The position numbers and the translations under genes are program-made. 42,176 nucleotides of DNA, taken from sequence record SRR20825019_2882, one strand, 5' to 3'. Shown in pieces: positions 37,201 through 42,176 of the stretch. Each line of letters begins with the position of its first letter. Positions within the stretch are counted from its first letter, which is position 1. Below the pieces are notes generated by a model, which did not search any database, had not been told where the DNA came from, and saw nothing but the letters and a program-made list of their open reading frames with translations.

Positions 37201-37936
37201 ATTCACCCTGTTGTACTTCGTATTCACGGCAGCAGAGAGAGTGGAGATGGTGGAGAAAGTCATTGAGAGGCATGGGAAGAGAAGTGCCATACTTGGCTTT
37301 TTGCTGAAGTTGGTCAATCTAAAGAAGAAGTGTTTGAAGAAGATATGCCCTTGTTTCCACAAGGATGCTGATCAAGGCGATTTGAGGTCTCAAAACCGAC
37401 GTAGGTTTAGAAAAGGCAAGAAGGAAGAGGTGCCGAAAGCTGTGGGTCGCCGACTTGAGTCACACGCGTCATCTATTGAACTCCTCCCTCGGACACTAAC
37501 GATGGATAACAACTCCTTGAAGTACAACGCGGCAACATTTGTTCACAAAATCAAGCCTGAGCTAAACAGGTCTATGCCGCCAGTGCTGGAAGAGATCACC
37601 GCCGTTGAGTCTGACGAGATAGATATCACGGGGGAAAATAGCCTGAAGAAACCAAGGTGGAAGAAGCGCCCGACGGATTCGACGATATCCTCTGTAGATG
37701 ACGCTGTTGTGGAGCTCATTCGTAAGGGTGCCACATCTCCACGGCGGAAGCACCGCCCAACTGGCAGCCTTGGCAGCCTTGCAAGTGTTTTGAGTAGCCA
37801 CGGCGACGACAGTCCACTCAGGAAGGTGACAGAGGAGTCTGTGATCGTAGTGGACGACCTGAACACGGACCTGCTGCCTGATGAAGGGGATGCCCCTGGG
37901 GTAACCATCAGTGATCTTGCTTCAGAAGAGAACTAA
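34298..37936 (+). CDS. Polycystin-2/TRPP-like cation channel, multi-exon (start uncertain)
   Basis: S1 followed by a long extracellular loop, RNYWTLFDL, FLKILEY, and pore/S6 FGDRLLNYSTFGRASMTLLRMTFGDFEYEEL...LTNFFIAIILDTYSQV. Confidence 0.85.
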
Positions 37937-38129
37937 GATCTCCCCCTGCTGGACGGACAGATTTATTTAGGGTCATAAACTAACCTCATGGCCTTCGTAA
38001 GGATTCAGCACTAATGTATCGCCGCCCGGGTCGTGATAGCCACTGGAGTGCCTTCACTTCTCGACGGAATGGTCTGGGCGTCCTCATTGGGCGCAGTGCT
38101 TTATAAACCTTGTACTTGCATCTATGACG

Positions 38130-39332
38130 CTAGGGTATGTAAGGGTCGTCGGAGTCATCATCCATGCCATGGCTTGTGTTGCCGTATGGTGACCGCATGG
38201 AAACCATCCCATACTTCGAACCCTTGTCGCTGTGTGGGGAAATCCCTCCCCGGCCCTGGTCTGTATCGGAGAGCCGCGCGCCTTCACCTTCATCTTCCTC
38301 CTCATCGTCGCCCACTATCTGGAACACGGTCGACTCATGCACAGGGCCCTTCCTGGATATCGTCATCTCTAATTCGTGCTCGTCATCAATGTAGTCTCCC
38401 ATGTCCACAGTGGGAATGTTATGGTCCTGTTCAGCCCCGTCCATCGTGCCCTGCTGAATGTATCCCTTCCTACCAACACACACCCCGCACACCCGGCCAA
38501 ACATCATGCGGTACTGCCTGATAAGGCGAGGGTTTACGCCATATATCATCGCATTGAGGAACCCGTGAAAAGGCACAACCACAGCGTGGATAACCTCTAG
38601 AATCGGGATTCGTTCATCAGGAAAGGCTACGGTGTGAAGCCGATGCACCAGTCCAAAGCTCCGAACACCAACAAATACTAGCAAATAGAGGCTCAGTCGA
38701 GTCTGGAATGTCTGCTGCTGTTTCAGAAACTTGTTCATATTGGACTGGTCAGACACATTCTCTGACATGCGCTTGAACTTCTTCCGCAGGTCTCGAATGA
38801 TGCGCACGTACATCACGGCGCAATACATGGTGATTATCACAAGCGGGGCGTAAAATAATGCCCAGCGATAAACCTGGCACACCCCATGATCTTTTACCCA
38901 ACACCACGTATCAGTCTCTCCGAAACAGTTTGAAGCTCCGATAACAATGCTTCCTACCAGTGGGAACCCCCAAGAAGCAATATGGTAATACTTTTCCCTC
39001 TGGCGGGCTTTGTCGCGCTGGTTCTGCACGAATAGAACAAACATGTTTGCAGCAATGCACGCCGTCCATACGAACCCAGCCACGTCGGCGAACTGCATAA
39101 GTGCCGCAGTGACCCTGCACATAAGGTCCAGGCTCGCCAAGCAGAAAGCCAGTCCCGAAAAGAAATTTGCAACAGCCAGATAGGATACCAGTTTTGCTGA
39201 ATACGACTTCAGCTCTCGGCATGTGAAGTAGTTTACCACCACAAATAACGCCCCAGCCATGGAAAACGCTCCGCCAGTCCCAACAGCCAGTCGTATAAGG
39301 GTGTCGTATTCACCATCCTCTTCCGACGTCAT
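38130..39332 (-). CDS. 7-TM GPCR of the cAMP-receptor-like (cAR/Crl/GCR1) family, intronless, with an acidic C-tail
   Basis: Seven hydrophobic segments, KLVSYLAVANF, CRVTAALMQF, WTACIA, YHIASWGFP, WCWV and GFLNAMIYG. Confidence 0.9.
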   Translation of the reverse strand: MTSEEDGEYDTLIRLAVGTGGAFSMAGALFVVVNYFTCRELKSYSAKLVSYLAVANFFSGLAFCLASLDLMCRVTAALMQFADVAGFVWTACIAANMFVLFVQNQRDKARQREKYYHIASWGFPLVGSIVIGASNCFGETDTWCWVKDHGVCQVYRWALFYAPLVIITMYCAVMYVRIIRDLRKKFKRMSENVSDQSNMNKFLKQQQTFQTRLSLYLLVFVGVRSFGLVHRLHTVAFPDERIPILEVIHAVVVPFHGFLNAMIYGVNPRLIRQYRMMFGRVCGVCVGRKGYIQQGTMDGAEQDHNIPTVDMGDYIDDEHELEMTISRKGPVHESTVFQIVGDDEEEDEGEGARLSDTDQGRGGISPHSDKGSKYGMVSMRSPYGNTSHGMDDDSDDPYIP

Positions 39333-39479
39333 TGGTTTGCTCTGTTTCAGGGGCTCGCCCTGGTCACAACATGAACCAGTTATGAAACACGTTTTATTTC
39401 AGTGTTATGCTTGGGAGCTTTGAGGAGTGGCAGTTACTATCGAGGGGGTGTAACGGGGACTAGGCCTGTTTGACTCAGA

Positions 39480-40230
39480 ACTTGCGAGCCGCCAGCCGGC
39501 GCGGACCCTGACCGCGGAGCACCGGCTGCACATCCGTCATCAGGTGGCAGCCCGGCGTGCCCATGGATGTCCGCGGTGAGCTCTTCAATTCCGGTACCGG
39601 TCTGCTGGACGTCAACCCGCTCGGGCGACGGTTGCTGCCCCTGGGCTCCCTCGGTCAGTGGCCGGCCAATTAGTTCGGACGAGGTCGCGAATTTCTGATG
39701 CCGAGCCGGAGTGGCAGTCAGCCAGTGCCAGGCCGACTCAGACGCCGGCGGGGCCGCTCCACCTGGGTTCAGTTCACCGTGTGCCCCGCCCGGCGGCGCC
39801 TCAGTCAGTGCCGGGTCGGGCCGGATCCCGCCACCTGCCGTCAACAGCACACCCGCAGGGCAATTCCGGTTCGGATCAGATTCGGATGCCGAGTGCGGCT
39901 GTCAACACGGCGGGTCGGGTGGCCGGGACCGGACTGCTGGTGGTACCGTGGTGTCTCTCAGCAACACCAGTTCCCGGCATAGTCCCCCCCACCCGGCCCC
40001 CCACCGACATTTGCACAGCCACACCAGGCCGGCCTCGGCCCCGAACCCGGGCGGAGAAGGATTCTTTTTCTTTCTCGGCCTGGCAGTGGACCAGCCGGAT
40101 GACATTGCGACCAGGCCGGGCCGGGCAGAGCCGGCGCCACACATGCAGCACTTCCCGGGAAAGGGGGGGCCGGGTTATGGCCCGCGCTTCGCGTCTACCA
40201 GTGGGCCCCGCCAGTCTAGCCCGACTTTGG
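39480..40230. promoter_or_regulatory. GC-rich divergent island between the GPCR and CLN3
   Basis: GC-rich, no credible ORF, between two 5' ends. Confidence 0.5.
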
Positions 40231-40233
40231 AGG

Positions 40234-41796
40234 ATGGAGAAGGATAAGTACACCGGCTGGTTCTCATAACGACTGCACGTAGTGCCCCACTTTCATAGCG
40301 GTATGGGTGGCGCTTCCAACTTTTTGTATTGGCTTGCCTTTTTTATATTGGGTTCCTTGAATAACCTTGGATTCGTGGTAGTGGATGCTGCCGCAAAGCC
40401 ACTGGCAGCCAGCTTTGGAAAACAGCAAATGGTTGGGTAAGCCTATTGTCCTCTTCTTGACATGACGCCTTCTGAAGCGCACATAGGGCGGTGAAGGGGG
40501 CAAACGTCTCCATGGGACTGGTCATGCGAGCACTGAATACGTTTGTATTTGATGGAACGTCTTACTCGGCTCGGATAGTTGGAAACGGAGGCATGATGCT
40601 AATGGGCTTTGTTGGTGCATGCGTATGTAGGTTACTAGAAGTGGTACTTAGTATCTAACTATGCCTCTCCTTTCGCAGCTCTCAATTTCCCTCTTCAAGT
40701 CTTTCGTCGTTTTCCTGATCTCTGTGGTGCTGATAGGATCGTCCAGCACGTTCGGAGAGAGCGCCTTGCTCACATTCACTCGCGATTTCCCCCCAAATAC
40801 TGTTGGAGGATGGAGTAGTGGTACAGGAATGGCAGGTGTTTTGGGAGCAGCCTTGTTTCTTATTTTGCATGGGGCCCTCGCCCTTGATATTCGTGATGTG
40901 TTTACATTGATGGTACCCACATCATATATCTATATTTGTACATTCTTGGTTTTGAACTGGAAGAGGCCGCGGACGAGGAACTTGGAACCCGGCACAAACG
41001 AAGTCCTGGAGCCCTTGATGCAAGACGAAGGCCATGGAGCCGTTAGTCATGAAAGCGACCGCGAGAGTCCAGACCTGCAAGAACACGTGGCCAAAGAGGT
41101 GGATAAGGCACAGAAGATGGGCTTCGCAGCCACTTTGGCGAAGGCTCATAGGTGCCATAAGCTAGTTCTGTGGAATGCTCTGAATTTGGGCCTTGTATAT
41201 TTCCTAGAATACACCGTAACGACCGGGTTTGCGGCCGTGTCAGGCCCCCCAGCGTCCGAGGTGACAAACAAAATCAGCGAATATGCCCAGAAGAACCACT
41301 TTGTCATTCTGGGGCTGTGCTACCAGGTCGGGGTATTCATATCTCGATCAAGCACCGCGCTTTTCACGATTCGCCAAGTGTGGATCATGACTCTTCTGCA
41401 AATTCTGCTCTTTCTAGTGTGTAAGTGCGACGTGGCTTCGGGCTTCTCGGATGTGGATATGAAGCTGACCCAATGATGGTGCTCCCTTTAGGGTTGGTGC
41501 ACTCGCTCCATTACTTCATGATAATGTGGGTTCAATACCCCGTCATGATCATCGTCGGCCTAATGGGCGGAGCCTCTTATGTGAACGTATTCCTCAACAT
41601 TCGCACCGACACTAGGATTAAGCCCCAGGTAGGAGGGTTGTGTTGGTTCATAGCTGCTCTTTAGCCTTACAAGGAGAAACAGGACAAGGAAATGGCCATC
41701 AATGTCGCCTGCATCTATATTAACGCAGGCATTGTGTCGGCGTGCATATTCAGCCTTATTGCAAACAACACCTTCCTCGTCAAGAATATCGACTAG
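40234..41796 (+). CDS. CLN3: Battenin/CLN3 (Btn1) family MFS-like lysosomal membrane protein, multi-exon; start at 40234 (intron 40248-40298) or 40303
   Basis: FFILGSLNNLGFVVVDAAA, FGESALL, GWSSGTGMAG, LVYFLEY, YQVGVFISRSS and GLMGGASYVNVF. Confidence 0.92.
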
Positions 41797-41972
41797 ACTT
41801 CGCTGCACTGAAATACCACGTCGTCAGTCGTGCGCTGGTGGGGGTTGTGTTTAACCCCTTCAGTGATAGGGTCTTTCCCTAGGTCCAGCAGGCTACAGCA
41901 AGGGTGTATGCGTTATTGTGTGGAGACCATCCTGAGTAAAGCATCGTTCATCAGCTTTCAAGAAAGACAGAC

Positions 41973-42176
41973 TCATGAATCATCGGCACTGATGATAGGT
42001 GAGCGGGATCGGATCAGAGCGGGCGGATAGCTCCGCCGCCGTGCGCGGCCAGGCACGACACAGAGGACTGTCTCAGCCATTGACTTATTCTGTTGCGCCA
42101 TGTCGTGGAGGATTTGATAGATCGGACAGTTGGGCTGGTACTGCAGATACGTATCCAGCACATAACACACCAGCCT
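41973..42176 (-). CDS. Probable 3' exon(s) of a gene running off the window; product unknown
   Basis: An open frame RLVCYVLDTYLQYQPNCPIYQILHDMAQQNKSMAETVL with protein-like composition, convergent on CLN3 like other gene pairs here. The true 3' end is not resolved. Confidence 0.35.
   Translation of the reverse strand, partial: RLVCYVLDTYLQYQPNCPIYQILHDMAQQNKSMAETVLCVVPGRARRRSYPPALIRSRSPIISADDS

Noticed and set aside
41973-42176. Faint resemblance of the edge ORF to the pre-FAT region of ATM kinases
   Set aside because: The similarity is short and by eye only, and there is no room for FAT/kinase domains before CLN3.

Overview
Gene-dense eukaryotic DNA, probably from a protist, though the lineage cannot be assigned from sequence alone. 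It uses the standard genetic code and has many very short (~47-66 nt) spliceosomal introns. I can reconstruct 17 complete protein-coding genes plus a probable partial one at the right edge. In order: cyclophilin, a thioredoxin-UIM-UBA-UBX fusion, malate synthase A, PFK-2/FBPase-2, an orphan membrane protein, a 'TFxPxIN'-repeat protein, a single-BIR protein, a group XII-like sPLA2, 3-hydroxyacyl-CoA dehydrogenase, an M16 metallopeptidase, AFG1 ATPase, an LRR + ClpB-NBD2-like + SAM + TM protein, an alpha/beta hydrolase, a calpain-like protein, a polycystin-2-like channel, a cAR/GCR1-type GPCR and CLN3/battenin. Genes mostly alternate in orientation: 5' ends sit next to very GC-rich (GGCCGG-rich) islands, and most convergent stop codons are only 35-72 nt apart. 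The most unusual items are (1) a tail-anchored LRR-pseudoClpB-SAM protein, (2) a redox p97-adaptor-like fusion whose WCPPC site is encoded by a 14-nt microexon, (3) a CaaX-tailed pseudo-calpain, and (4) a malate synthase with Asp->Glu at the catalytic base and an N-terminal MGNC acylation motif. All exon structures and family assignments are by eye, with no database searches.
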